Positions 34,835-48,645 of a stretch of 64,000 nucleotides of DNA are shown piece by piece. The translations under genes were made by a program, and so were the position numbers. The first letter of the stretch is position 1, and the number at the start of each line of letters is the position of its first letter. This stretch comes from Hemiscyllium ocellatum (taxonomy: Eukaryota), in the NCBI RefSeq assembly GCF_020745735.1, contig NC_083446.1, positions 3,038,001-3,102,000 of the forward strand. The letters run 5' to 3'. Under the pieces are notes generated by a model that worked only from the letters and a program-made list of their open reading frames with translations, did no database searches and was not told the DNA's origin.

Positions 34835-36160
34835 AAAAAAGGGAGTAAGTCAGAACATGGAAAATTGCAGACCAATAGCCCAACGTTGGTCATGGCTAAG
34901 ATCCTGGAATCCATTGTGAAGATTTTTGAATACTTGGAAAACATATGGTAAAATAGGGCAGAGTCAGCAGGGCTTCTTCAAGGGTAGGTCATTCCTCACA
35001 AATCTGGTAGAATCCTTTGAGGAAGTAATGAGCAGCTTAGACCAAGGTCAATCAATAGACGTTATCTACCTGAATTTCATGAAGGCCTTTGACAAGGTGT
35101 CACACAGGATGCTACTGAGTAAGACAAGGGGCCAAGGTGCTCGTGTGGATAGAAGCTTGGCTGCGTGGCAGAAAGCAGAGAGTGAAGATAAGAGGATCCG
35201 TCTCAGGGTAGCAGCTGGTGACAAGTGGTGTTCTGTAAGGCTCAGTGTTGGGACCACAACTTTTCACGTGATACATTAAATGATCGATGAAGGAACCGAG
35301 GACCTTCTGGCTAAGTTTGCCGATGATACAAAGATAGGTTGAGGGAGAGGTAGCATTGCTGCAGAAGGATTTAGATAGGTTCGGAGAGTGGGCAAAGAAG
35401 TGGCAGATGGAGTACAATGCGGAAAAGAGTGAAGTCATGCGCTTTGGTCAGAAGAATAAGATGCATGGACTATTTTCTAAATGGAGAGAATGTTCAGAAA
35501 TCTGAAGTACAAAGAGACTTGGGAGTTCTAGCCCAGGATTCTCTCAAAGTAAAATTTGCAGGTTGAGTCAGTAGTTAAGAAGGCAAATGCAATGATGACA
35601 TTTATTTCGAGAAGACATGAATATAAGAGCAGGGATGTACTTCTGAGGCTCTGGTCAGAAATACTATTTGCAGTCTTTGGCCCCGTATCTCAGGAAGGAT
35701 ATACTGGCCCTGGAGTGTGTTCAGAGTAGATTCACAAGAATAGCCCCAGGAATGAACCCCTTAACATGAGTTTAGAAGGATGGGAGGGGGTTCCAATTTC
35801 GACTTAAAGATTACATAATGGCCTGGAGTGAACGTTGGGAAGATGTTCCCATTGGTAGGAGAGGTTAGAACCAGAGGGCACAGCCTTAGAGTAAAGGGAA
35901 GACCCTTTAGAGCAGAGATAAGGAGAAACTTCTTCAGCCAGGGAGTGGTGAACATATGGAATTCACTGCCACAGAAGGCTGTGGAGGCCACGTCATTGAG
36001 TATATTTAAGATGGAGATAGATAGGTCCTTGATTGCAAAGGGGATCAAGGGTTAGGGGAAGAAAGCAGGAGAATGGGGTTGAGAAACTTATCAGCCATGA
36101 TTGAATGCTGGAGCAGAATCAATGGGCTGAATGGCCTAATTTCTGCTTCTATATCTAATC
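34835..36160 (+). mobile_element. CR1 LINE RT and 3' end, degenerate
   Basis: SQQGFFKGRSFLTNL...DVIYLNFMKAFDKVSH; KFADDTK-like motif; VRTRGHSLRVKG...NFFSQ.VVNIWNSLP. Confidence 0.9.
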
Positions 36161-37419
36161 ATCTGTTTGCATGCTGTACATCTCTATGGCATATATCATA
36201 GTTACCTGGTGCTTGTTATGTCTAATTGGTGAAGGTTTGTTTTAAAGACAAACATAGGGTCAATTTATTCAGTGACATCAGCTGAAGCTATTTAGACGTA
36301 GGCAAAATACTGCCGAGGCTACAAGTTTGAAGTGAAAACAAAGAGCTGGAGACGCTCCGATCTGCTCGAGAGGAGCAAGTGTCTCAGAAGGATGTAGGAA
36401 GATGATTAGAAGGCAAGGTTAAATTAAAGATTGGTGCTCAGTCTGCAAGCATGACTGCAACATTCCAGTCAGGTACCACCTCCGTATACCACCTTGCTCT
36501 CATATGCACATTTGGAGTTGGAGGATTGGGACCTTATTTTCTCACTTAGACCCTTCACAGCCTTCAGGACTCAATATGGAGTTCACTTCAGACCATGAAT
36601 GCTGTCCTCCATTTTAATATTTACTTTCCTTCTAGTCTCTGTGCCATTTTTTTCTTGTTTTTGCTTCGCCAGTCAGACTGGATCTTTATCCAGCTATTCA
36701 TACCCACACCGAATCAATGCTTCATGTCTTCCCTACAGCCAACACACTACAGCCTTTTGGTCAATGACACCTTCGATTGCTAATTTCTCCCCTGCCACCT
36801 AAACCACCTTCAACTTTTTTCCTGACCTTCCCTTCTGTTCCACATGCTGTCATAAAATGGCACCATAAAACCTATATTACCACCTCTATCCAGAACTGCT
36901 AAGGGTATTTAGGATTTGGCATCTTTGGGGTTAAGTGGAGGACATCTTGGAGCCATTTCTGGCTCCCATGATTTTTGGTGTGCAAAAATCACGTGAAAGT
37001 GCATTATTTTAAGAACAAAAGAACCCACCAAATGGAAATGCAGAAGGCACACCAAAAAACCCTAGGCTGCAAGACTGTGGGGCTTTAAACAAACTTCAGT
37101 TTGAACAGAGATTGAAATTCCATCTTTGCTCTTCAGAGTTTAAATAGCCTTGTGAAAAGATGGTTACCCAACTTAAAGCAAGCAATATTTAAGAGGCTGA
37201 AATACATTCTGGGGGAAAAGGTTAAAAAATTTCAAGGTGGAACATCGGGAGGTGCAGTTGAGAACACTAACATAGATAGCACCATGGTGCGTCACAAGAG
37301 GTACGAGGCAAAGTAACACCACAACAGGCTGTTATGTGACATGCAGGTCAAAAAGCCAGGAAATTAGGTTTTGGAATTATTTTAAAGCTCAGATAAATGT
37401 CTCTTGTTTTCAAGATAGA

Positions 37420-39125
37420 GTCAGAGGTATACAGGATAGAACAGAACCTTTGATCCAACTCGTCCATGCTGACCAGATATCCTCACTTAATCAAGTCACA
37501 TTTGTCAACACCTGGCCCATATCCCTCTAAACCATTCCCATTCATTTACCCATCCAGATGCCTTCTAAATATTGCCATTGTACCACTTCGTCTGGAAGCT
37601 CATTCCATACAAGCAACACCCTCTGCATGAAAACGTTGCCAATTAAATCTCTTTCCTCTGTTTCCCCTCTCACTGGTTTGGTGGGTTGGTGAGGACTTGT
37701 TGGGCCAAATGACCTGTTTCCATACTGTGGGGAATCTAAAAAGGTGGGCACGATAGCGTCACTTAAGACGTATCTAGACAGATACAAGAATGGGCAGGGA
37801 GCAAAGGCATACAGACAGATTCAGAACAAAGGGATACAAAAAAAAATAGGCAACAGGCTGAGATGGAGGATTTGGATCGGTGCAGGCTTGGCAGGCTGAA
37901 GGGCCTGTTCCTGTGTGTAATTTTCTTTGTTCTGGACTCCCCCACCTCAAGGAAATGACCTTTTCTATTGACCCTATCCACGCTCAAGGTTTTATAAACC
38001 TGTAAAAGGTCACCCCTCAGCCTCCAATGCTCGAGGGAAAGTAGCCCCAACCTATTCAGCCACTCACCATAGCTCCAACCCTCCAGACTTGGCAATATCC
38101 TTGTAAATCTTTTCTGAACCCTTTCAAGTTCCACAATATTCTTCTGATAGGAAGGAGACCAGAACTGCACACAATGTTCCAAACGTGGCCTAAGCAACAT
38201 TACACACAGCTGCAACATGACCTCCCAACTCTTATACTCAATACTCCGACCAATAAAAGGAAAGCATACCAATGCCTTCTTCACTATCCTATCTACCTGT
38301 GACTCTACTTTCAAGGAACTATGAACCTGCACTTCAAGGTCTCTGTTTAGCAACATTCCGTCGGACCTGAGCAAGTGTATATACCCTGGTCTGATTTGCC
38401 TTTCTAAAATGCAGCAACTCGCATTTATCTAAATTAAAATTTCATCTGCCACTCAAATGGTCCATTTGATCAGGATCCCTTTGTACTCTGTGGTACCTTC
38501 TTCACTGTCCACTACACCTCCAATTTTGGCGTCATCTGCAAACCCACTAACCATATCTTGTATGTTCACATCCAAATCACTTGTATAAAATGATAAAAAG
38601 TAGCTGACCCAGCACGAATCCTTGTAGCACTCCACAGGTCACAGACCTCCAGTCTGAAAAACAATCCTCCTCCATCACCTTCTGTCTTCTACCTACGAGC
38701 CAATTCTGTATCCAAATAGCTAGTTCTCCCTGTATTTTATAAGATCTAACCTTGCTAACCAGCCTCCCATGAGGAACCTTGTCGAATGCCTTACTGAAGT
38801 CCATATAGATCACATCTACCACTCTGCCCTCACCAATCCTCTTTGTTACTTCTTCAAAAAAACTCAATCACATGAGACATGATTTCCATGCACAAAGCCA
38901 TGCTGAGTATCCCTAATCAGTCCTTGCCTTTCCAAATACATGGAAATCCAGTCCCTCAGGATTTCCTCCAACAACTTGCCCAACACCAATGTCAGGCACA
39001 CTGGTCTGTAGTTCCCTGGCCTTTCCTTACTACCTTTCTTAAATAGTGGCACCACATTAGCCAACCTCCAGTCTTCCTGCATCTCACTTGTAGCTACTGA
39101 TGATACAAGTACCTCAGCAAGGGGC
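37420..39125 (-). mobile_element. CR1 LINE RT and 3' end, degenerate
   Basis: DWRLANVVPLFKKGSKERPGNYRPV, VDVIYMDFSKAFDKVPHGRL, FADDAKIGG, LEHCVQFWSP. Confidence 0.93.
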
Positions 39126-39306
39126 CATATACTAACAGTACACCCAACTCTGCTGATGCACCCTTTGGTGCCAAAATATTACCGCTATAGGATTACTCCA
39201 ATTTACAAAACAATCTTAAGAACAAAGGAATGAAACACATTCCAGTTACACCCTACTCTTACTGCACTTTAAGATCTGCAAAACCTAATCGTTAATGTGA
39301 CGTTAC

Positions 39307-39403
39307 CTTTCTGGAAGAATTCATTGCCTTTATTCTTTTCTTCAAGGGCAAGCTCAGGATTGATGTAAGCTGCTCGCTCTGCATCCTTTAGGATCTTTTC
39401 AGC
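39307..39403 (-). CDS. STIP1: STIP1 exon 9
   Basis: [32 protein letters not shown]; 97 nt; tag/gtaacg. Confidence 0.96.
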
Positions 39404-39644
39404 CTACAAGAGAGTTATTTAGAAAATAAAGCCCAGAAGAAAACTGAACAAAATGCATAAACAGATATTGACATCAGTCTTTCACTATAGGAATTCCAGT
39501 AAAGCAGAAGGCATGGTGGCTCAGTGCTTTGTATTACTGCCTCAGAGCTATGGACTTGGGGCTTGCAATATTTCCTGGCCTGGATCATGAGGTATAAATA
39601 CATCTGCCTGCTCAGGCATCTTTCTTCAGAAAGGGAACACTCAC

Positions 39645-39765
39645 TTGCTGACATTTCTTTAAGACGTCAGGAGTCCTATGCTCTGCAAGAGACTTGTTGT
39701 AGAAGTGAACAGCATCTTTGTACTTTTCTTCCTTGAAGTAGGAGTTTCCAATTCGTGCGTATGCC
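39645..39765 (-). CDS. STIP1: STIP1 exon 8
   Basis: [40 protein letters not shown]; 121 nt; cag/gtgagt. Confidence 0.97.
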
Positions 39766-40224
39766 CTGAAAGGATGTCGTCAACAAAATGTAGTTACGTG
39801 AGAAGTTGACATCATTTGCACGTTTTGCTCCCTTCGCCCAAGGTGCAATTAAATCGCAATCACAAAATTGTTTATGCAAACCAGGATAAAGACCATGAAA
39901 CTTAATCACCACAACCCAATAGGATACTATGGATTACCAATACCTCTGACTCAAGGTTAAACAGGAACAATTAGTTTTAAAAGCAAAACAATTATGTTCT
40001 TCTCCCTTGACCTTCAACTGTAGTCTGTTCAGTTTCCTCTCGTGGAGCCCATGGTAACAGCGAACTGAAAGACACACCTCTCCTCAGGAAATGCCTGTTA
40101 CTTATTGATTCTTCCCTCGGCACATCCGAGATTTTGAGATGTGTTTGAACTTCACCAATCAGGTATCTACCCACCATCAAAACAGCCTCAATCAAGTCAC
40201 AGTTTATGCCCATTTGGAGGATAG

Positions 40225-41000
40225 AGTTGGAGTCATGCAGCATGGAAACAGGGCCTTCAGCTCAACTCATCCACTGAACCAGTTTCCTAAATTGAACTAG
40301 TTCTATTTGCCTGTGGTGGGCCCATATCCATTTAAACATTTCCTAACCATGTATCTGCCCAAATGCCTTTTGAATGTTATGATCGTACCACTTCCTCTGG
40401 CTGCCTGGTCCATACACGTACCACCCTCTGGAAAGTTGCCCCCTCTCAGGTCCTTTTTAAATCTTTCCTTCTCACCTTAAAACTTATGTCCTCTAGTTTT
40501 GGATTCCCCCATCTGAGAAAATGACCTTGGCTAGTCACCTTATCTATGGCCATCAGGATTTTATAAAACTCAAACAGGTCACCCTTCAGCATCCTCTGCT
40601 CCTGGGAAAGATGTCCCAGCCTATCCAGCCTCTTCATATAACTCAAATGTTCCAGTCTCCATAACATCCTTGTAAGTCTTTTTTACATCTTTCCTACAGC
40701 AGGGAGACCAGAATTGTATACAGTACTCCAAATATGACCTCACCAATATCTTTTACAGCTGTAAAATAATGTCCCGACTCCTATACTCAATGCTCTAACT
40801 AAGAGAAATATGCCAAACTTCACCACCCTGCTTACCTGTGACACCACTTTGAAGGAATTACATACCTGTACCCCTCTGTCTCTGTTCAGCAATACTCACC
40901 AGGGTCCTACATTAACTGTGCAAATCCTATCCTGGTCTGCCTTACTGAAATGCAAGATTTTTCATTTTTCTAATTTCAGGACCATGTGCAATTCCTAGGC
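40225..41000 (-). mobile_element. CR1 LINE 3' fragment
   Basis: LEHLSYMKRLDRLG.LS.EQRMLKGDL and a CR1-type tail. Confidence 0.85.
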
Positions 41001-41730
41001 CCTTTGGGTCTGGGTGGGATGTTCTTCAGAGGGTTGGTGTGGACTTGATAGGTTGAAAGGCCTGCTTTCACGCTGTGGGGATTCTATGAAATATGACTAG
41101 GATCTCACCCATTACCTTTGGTTCCACACATGGACGGCTTCATTTGATCTTTAAAGAGGCCTTATTCTCTCCCGAGTTACTCTTTTGCTCATTTACTTGT
41201 ATATTTTGTGGATTCTGCTTTGTCCTATTTGCCAAAGCTAAAGAAAAATTGTACACACAAATAGTTTATGCAAGTTAAGTTCTGTAAAATCTAAATCTTC
41301 CTGAACAGAACTTCCCCCACTTTTGGACTTTGTTCTGGGTTCTAAGGGTTACAGGCAGTTTTTGTATCAATTGTTAAGGAGCGTCCTGGAAGCCATCTGT
41401 GCATGGGTCAAAACATTGACAAAATCTAACTGCTCCAGGACAGAGTGTTAGCCTCGCAAGCACCAGGCGTTGTAACTTTGTCACTGTGGTGTTACACAGC
41501 CATGCAGTGCTCTCATTCTGTATGTGCAGTGCTCCACTTAGTGGTGGCATTCACTTCAAACATTGCTGAAAATGATAAACTAGATCTAAAAGGCGATATT
41601 GATTCAAGACATAAAAACCAATGACCGGTTGGTTAAGCTTCAGAATTTTATAGTGACATGCACTCTTACATTGAGTTCAGCACAAGTTTGTAATATAGCT
41701 TATTAGACAAATGACACATGGATTACTTAC

Positions 41731-41833
41731 TTTGCAATTTGCCTGTAATCTTCACGATTTTCCCGTCCTACTTCAATGGCTTTTTCACAGATTTCGCGGC
41801 ATTTCTCAAATTCATTTTGTTCAAAGTACACAG
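41731..41833 (-). CDS. STIP1: STIP1 exon 7
   Basis: [33 protein letters not shown]; 103 nt; cag/gtaagt. Confidence 0.97.
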
Positions 41834-42743
41834 CTGCAAGGATAGAATATTTCAGGAGATATTCCTCAGAAAAAGCTTGTTAAAAATACCAAACGGTTAG
41901 GACTTGAATGCACTGCCGGACTGCATGCAGCGGAGGCAGATTCATTCTCGGCTTTCAATAGAGAATCAGATTATTAGCTGAAAGAAGTTGCAAGGCTGTG
42001 GGGGGAAAAATGGTGCGTTGGTGGTAGCACAATGCATCACAGACATGATGAACCAAAAGGAGTCTATGTTCCAAGGCAAGCACCCTTTCTCAAAGGAAAA
42101 AAAACAGGAAGCAAATAATTTCCTCTCCTGTGTTTCGACCTTTTCATACAGTGCACTGATTTAAAGAGAGATTGGACAAACAGGTATCCAGTGTTGCTAT
42201 CTCAAAACATGGGAAAAGCTAATTAGACTGGAATAGCTTAAAGAAAACTTCCACCTCTCTTTCCCCTCAACTCCTAAGTGAATGTCTTTCACTTAAAACA
42301 AGGAAAATGAGGTTCAGGAAAAGGAAAGAGGAGCAAAAAAATCACAAAGGATTATGCATCTTATTCCATCACAGTGTCTAAACAACTAGATGACCGGTTG
42401 GACATCTTTCTTTTTTTTTTAAAAAAAAGTTCCAACATCAAACAATACCCAAGAAAGCAGACCAGTGACGTTCTCCTAAAACAATACAGGATGCTACCGG
42501 TTTGTCAAAATCTTTAACTAGGCTTTCTGATAAGCCAGAATGAATAAATTTCACTCCAGTGGCGACTTGGGAATTATTTACTTAAAAATAGAAAAATAAA
42601 AGGCTAAATGCAAGTGAATCAAACCAGTGATCCAAGGATAAGGAAATAAAAGCATTGGCTCAAACTTCTAACCCACCAGATGCTGGGGATCAAGCACCTT
42701 CAAAAGGAAAACAAAGCCAAATACAATTCACTGTAACCCTCAC

Positions 42744-42870
42744 CTGCTTTGTTGGTTAAATAGGTCATACTCGTAGGGTCAAGCTCAGCAGCCTGCTCGT
42801 AATGCTTTAACGCCGTTTCAAAGTCTTTCTTCTTATAGGCATTGTTGCCCAATTCCTTCTCTTTCAATGC
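42744..42870 (-). CDS. STIP1: STIP1 exon 6 (TPR2A start)
   Basis: [40 protein letters not shown]; 127 nt; tag/gtgagg. Confidence 0.97.
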
Positions 42871-42965
42871 CTAAAGATTAAAGGAACACATTTAGAACAG
42901 CACCAGCCTGAATGAGGGAAAATAAACTTGACTGAATTCCTGTGCCCCTTTCAACAGCATCGTGC

Positions 42966-43128
42966 CTTTTTTTTATTTTCAGGGAGTTCCTCCTCCATTG
43001 GCTCGGGTTTGGTTTCCTTCTTCGGTGGAGGTGGAGCTGGAGTCTCTTCCTCTTCCTCCTCTGCTCCTTGAAGGTCAATTCCAAGCAGAACACTTAAAGT
43101 CGTCATAATTCTAGGATCTTGCAGTCTC
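42966..43128 (-). CDS. STIP1: STIP1 exon 5 (DP1 end and charged linker), GC donor
   Basis: [54 protein letters not shown]; 163 nt; donor AAG|gcacga. Confidence 0.92.
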
Positions 43129-45080
43129 CTGTGAAAGTAAAAGACACCAGCTGTTTATATGGCATTCATTTATTCCTTCAACAACCTACATTTTGCTCCC
43201 CAACTGGAAGAAACAACTGGAAATCTTTTGTCTTTGTACTTTTCTTAAATACTACAGTCTGAAATTTTTTAAGGCTATTTAGGCACAACATTGTTGATAG
43301 GTCAAACTGGATTCTCAGGATCCCATTCGGCCATGGCACAGGAGACGACCATTTGGCGCATCAAGTCTACACCAACTCTCTGAATTAGTTCACTGCGCAT
43401 CATTCTCCTGCCTTCTCACAGCAGTCCTGCAGTCTAACTACAATTCAAACACTGACTGAACTTTCCCCTACTCACCCCCCACCCCACACAGCATGGAGAT
43501 CCCAACTACTCCGTGAAGTAGAACCCTTTTATGTAGCAGGCTGAAATTTAATGGCTTATTTGCCAACATCACTAAAAAAAAGAGAGACAGTCTAAACTTT
43601 TCAACTTTCACTTGTCAGGACTGAGATGAAAGAACCAAACTTCAAAAGGGATCAGTAATTTACATAGCATGAGAAGAGGGCACTGATTGGTTGTGCGATG
43701 GCTAGCATAGGGATGCAACAGGATTTGTTACCTGTCAATCTTAGCTACCTGATTAAATTCAGATCAGGTACATAGACCAACTGGTCAGGACATTGCATGG
43801 ATTGGCAGTCTTCATATTCCTTTCATAGATTTAAAAAGCTACATATGGATACACAAACCCCTTTTCCCACACAGAAAATGGTTGTGAGAATGTAGCCCCT
43901 CGTGCATACAGATAAAATGTACTGAGATCAAACGATTCCAAAATTAGTTTCCAGTGCAATTCGTAGTACGGATTGTTAAGTAAAGGTTGTTGAATAGCAG
44001 AATCACACCTGGTTCTGGCTACTGTGTTCTGAAATTTGTAAGCACGGACTGCTCGAGTATTGTTAAAACACTGCTGTACCAAGGACAGTCAAAGGAACGT
44101 ATTATTTGACATATTCCACCAACTGTTGCACACTTTGGCAGCGAAACTCATCGCATTACTAATTTGCATGGCACACAATATCTTTTTGGTTCAATGGCAG
44201 CATTCTGTTTGTGAACAATACTACTTGTGTATTTTAATGGCTAGCATCAGCTGTTGCTCAAATCTTTGAGAAATCTCCTCATTCCAGGAGGGAGGTAGGC
44301 TAGGCATCCGAGAGGTCAAACATGGTGGTCACAGGTACATGAGACTGTATGATATACAGCAAGTGATGATTTAAATCAGGATTGACATTATCACGCAGCA
44401 CAGTTCTGATTTGCTCCATCTTAGCACCAAGTTAACAAGTTATGCCTAGACAGGATTCTAAGACAACACCATTTCTTTTGGTGTCAATAGAGGTATTAAA
44501 AACTATATTAACTGCCATGTTGAATAGGACTACTACTGCCCTTTTATCAGATTTACCTAAACACGTCAGGGTTAACAACCAGCACTAGATGTAATTTGAT
44601 TATTCAACAACACTTACAAAACAAATCCAGACTGTGCTAAGAATTATACCAAAACAAAATTTAATCCATTGGGCTTGCAAATAGATGTTCTCTCTTATGT
44701 ACTAGAGGCTACATATACAAACAAAGGACACTACCTGTGTTGGCAAAAAGAACTTATCCATACTTTGAACTGAGATGGGAAAAGGACGGTGATAAAAACT
44801 AAGGACTGTGGAAGGATTTTAAAAAGAAAGTTACCTGCTGACATTCATTGCAAGTACTGTTTACACTGCTGTTTGTTAAAGTAGTGGGGGAAGTTACTAC
44901 AGACAAGCTGGATCCAGGGTATGAAAATGATTTGGCCAGCAACAAAGTAGTTAATATATCTTTAGAATTGTTGATGACTGAAGACCTTCTGCTTACCAAC
45001 AGTGAATGTCTACCAGATGGCTGAACAGCTTGTGGAGGTCATTGGTCAGAAGCCACCAGATCTCCAAAAGTTTAAAAAGA

Positions 45081-45250
45081 AAATCACAACACCAGGTTAC
45101 AGTCCAACAGGTTTATTTGGAAGCACTGGCTTTCAGAGTGCTGCTCCTTCATCAGGTGGTTGTGGGACTGTACACCTGTTGGACTATAACCTGGTGTTAT
45201 GAGATTTTGAACTTTGTACACCCCAGTCCAACACGGATACCCCAAATCAT
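45081..45250. mobile_element. Short Penelope-derived inverted-repeat element with a mutated hammerhead
   Basis: Arms 45081-45112 and 45174-45208; same family as 23249-24075. Confidence 0.75.
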
Positions 45251-46742
45251 CCAAAAAGAAACTGTCCTTTTTTCTGCAACCAAAACACCCAAGCCTGTAA
45301 AAAGCCAGTTTATCCCTCACCTCATTAACTACTTTAAGCTTGGTTTTTGACCAGTATATAAAATAATATTACAACTAGTTGCTCTGTGCCTCCTACAAAC
45401 AAGAGAAAGTACCTGGAGAAGGAGGATCAAGGCACAGCAAGTCTGTCAAGCCAAAAAACAAAAACTGATTATCTCAACAAACCCTATGGACAGGGACACT
45501 TAAACTGCCTTCAAGCTTTTGGGTCTGTCTACATGTGTGTAGGAGGAATTTTATAAAAAAGGGGGTTAAGCTTTTAACTTCGTTATAGTCAATGGTTCAT
45601 GATTGTTCACCTGTAGCTAGAATCTATTTGGAATAAATAATCTGTAGCAATCGTTGTCGAATGCAGAAACATGGTCTATGCTTCCTCTTAACTTGGATCG
45701 AAAAGTCAGGAAGATTGAGGCATTCTATGTATTTTAATTGAACCTTTAATTGTGATGACGACTCTGGGAGTAGCATGGCTCGATTTCTAGTGCATTATAA
45801 AAATAGACTGCACCATCTTCATTGAAGAGAGTGTTATAGAGACTTCCAATCCCTGCTGCATTCCTCATGGCAATGTCTTGACCAGTCGGCCTACCTGATC
45901 TTAGTTCAGTTAGCTAAGTAAGGTTGACAATTAAGAGATCCTGCTACTTCCCCACATCAATCAATCAGCACCACCTTCATGCTTCATAAATTATTGGTCC
46001 CTTTCTAATCTAATTTCATGTGTCTCAATTTTGAGGAGTGTGTGTAAGTCCAAGTCTAAAAACTTCATGTCACCTTTTAGCAATGTTTAATTTCTACATT
46101 AATAGGCAATTATTTGCCTGCCTTGAAACATATGGAACTGTATTGGCGAAGGTCAGCATAGACACAGACAGCAGCAGTAGGCTATTTGACCCCTGACGCT
46201 TGTTCCACCATTCAATATGACATGGTCTCACACACACACCCCTTGATCCCATTAGCCACAAGATCTATATCTACCTCCTTCTTGAAAACAATGTTTTAAG
46301 TTCAACCACTTTGAGTTAATGAATTCTATAGGTTGATTACTCTTCGGGTGAAGAGATTTCTCCTCACCCCAGTCCTAAAAAGGTTTATCACTTATCCTTA
46401 CAACATGACCTTTCGTTCTGGACTCCCCACTATTAGGAACATCCTTTGTGCATCTTCAGAATGGGAGAAAGTGTGGTAAGGGCACCAAAACTTGCCATTT
46501 GTTGAAGGGAGGACATAAGCTGGTATGACTTCATTCAATATCCACTGCATAGTACTCACTTCAGCAGATCTTAACTCCACATTACAAATTCATGGAGTTG
46601 AAATTAAGCCAGAACAGTACTATACACGGTGTAAAGTCAGATATTAACTAGCATCCCAAATTACTTCAAATAAATTCTATAGCTAACATTAAGTTCTCCC
46701 AAACTATTGGGGATACTCTGAAGAGGAAGGGACTATACGTAC

Positions 46743-46884
46743 GTGGCTAAATCAGAAGGTTTGTTTTTCAGCTGCTCAATCATTTCCCTGTAGCTAGGGT
46801 CACTTAGCAACGCCCTTGTCCTGGGGTCATTCTCCAGCTTCTGGTACAGATTTGGAGAAGCAAATGGATTCATGAACTTCTTTT
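46743..46884 (-). CDS. STIP1: STIP1 exon 4 (DP1)
   Basis: [46 protein letters not shown]; 142 nt; cag/gtacgt. Confidence 0.96.
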
Positions 46885-47610
46885 CTGTAAAAGAAAATAT
46901 TTGTGTCTAACCAAAAGAATCATTCTTTATGATATGCTGAAAATACGATTCAATAGTTTGGAAAAAATAAGCTAAACAGCAGACAATGGCTTCTGAACAG
47001 CAAAAGTAAACTTTGAATCATCAGCCAGTTCTACCCAAGGAATTTGAATTATCAGGGTTGGATTTGTAAATAGCAATGTACCAAACTGTTATCTTCATTG
47101 CCTGGGCAGCAATGTGGAAGGGTTTACCTGCTTGGTATTCATTCTATTTATAAGGGACAAAAAGACAGGTGCTGCAAGTGTCTCCTCTGCAAGGTTACTA
47201 TCCAAACACCAAAGAATTGATTATGTCAAAACATCTCAGAAGTAGCTTATATAATGAATTATTCCAGTCCATTTCAATGCCCCATCTGCTTCAAATTCTT
47301 TAGGCACATGATCTGTTCTGAAGCATTTGAGATCAATTTGGATTTTTCTTTTGCAACAGGAAAGTGACTGTTGCTCAGCATTGCCTTTTCTCCCTGCTCA
47401 CCAGGTGGTGCACCAAATCAAGACTGACATCTCAGAAATTGGACATACAAACCTTACCCTCTCTTACCTTGATTCAGCCTTTCACTCCAACTTTGTGACA
47501 GCAAGACTGCTACAATATTGTACCCCTCTGAACGTAAAGGAATTAAACAGAGAGACTGCCATTTCCACCCAACATGAACTAGATGGTAAGTACTGCAGTT
47601 AGTTTCTCAC

Positions 47611-47752
47611 CTGCTAGTTTGGCATCCACTTTTTGCAATCCATCTTTCAGCTGTGTGTTTCCTGGTTCGTGTTTCAGACCCTCCTCATAGGTTTTCTTTG
47701 CTTCTTCAAAACGATTAAGGAATTCCAAGGCTGCAGCCTTCCTCGAGTAACC
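47611..47752 (-). CDS. STIP1: STIP1 exon 3
   Basis: [47 protein letters not shown]; 142 nt; tag/gtgaga. Confidence 0.97.
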
Positions 47753-48435
47753 CTATGTGTGGCACAATTATTAAAAAGAAATTGTTTCAGCCATTATTAG
47801 CTGATGAATTAAGGTTTGCCAGGGCAAGAGGAACAATTCCTTAGTTTCTTCCACGAGATGTGTCACTATCTTCCACATTCAACTGAACAAGCAGGTAGGG
47901 CCTAGAGACAGTACTTCATCTCCAACAATGCTCCTTTGATAACCCAAGCAGATATCTAGTGGAGTAGCTACTTGAGCTCAAATGGTGTCACTCCAAGCTG
48001 ACATTTTAATGCAGCAGAATCATTAAGGATAGCCATGCTTAGTTAGCAGTACTCTCACTGGGAGTTACAAAGCTGGGTCCAAGCCTCCATTTTTAGATTA
48101 GAGCTCAGAACGAAGTTTAACCCACCAATGAAGCAGCTGGTTACAAGCACATTGTCAAACATAACTTTTTTCAGACAGGTGATACTATCTGCCCACCCTG
48201 GTTGGCCAGGGAAATTTCAAAGATTCAATTGCATTATCGAAATAAGGAAGAGGGAGCTTTAGTCATCGGAAGGCATAAAAACACATCAATTTGCAATTAT
48301 ACAGCATCTGATCACATCTTTCAAACATCCTGCAACGTGCTACAAGATCAACAAACTAGTTTCAAGATACACTGACTGACTGTGATACAGTTTTTACACA
48401 TGGTTTGACTTTTTCCAGAATGGCCGTTTACCTAC

Positions 48436-48645
48436 CTTGCCCCAATCTGGTTTAATCTCAACAGTTTTGCTTCCATCTTCATAGGCTTTTTGATACTCCC
48501 CCTTTTTTGCATAGGCAGCAGATCGGTTGCTGTAAAGTACATGGTTCTTGGGGTCCAGCTTAATGGCTTCACTGTAACATATGATGGCATCATCTATCTT
48601 CCCAGCGCTCAGGGCTTGATTGCCCTTCTCTTTAAGTTCATTGAT
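48436..48645 (-). CDS. STIP1: STIP1 exon 2 (TPR1)
   Basis: [70 protein letters not shown]; 210 nt; tag/gtaggt. Confidence 0.97.

Noticed and set aside
44520-45790. Possible solo LTR surrounding the small Penelope palindrome
   Set aside because: It looks LTR-like, but I could not define termini or a target-site duplication.
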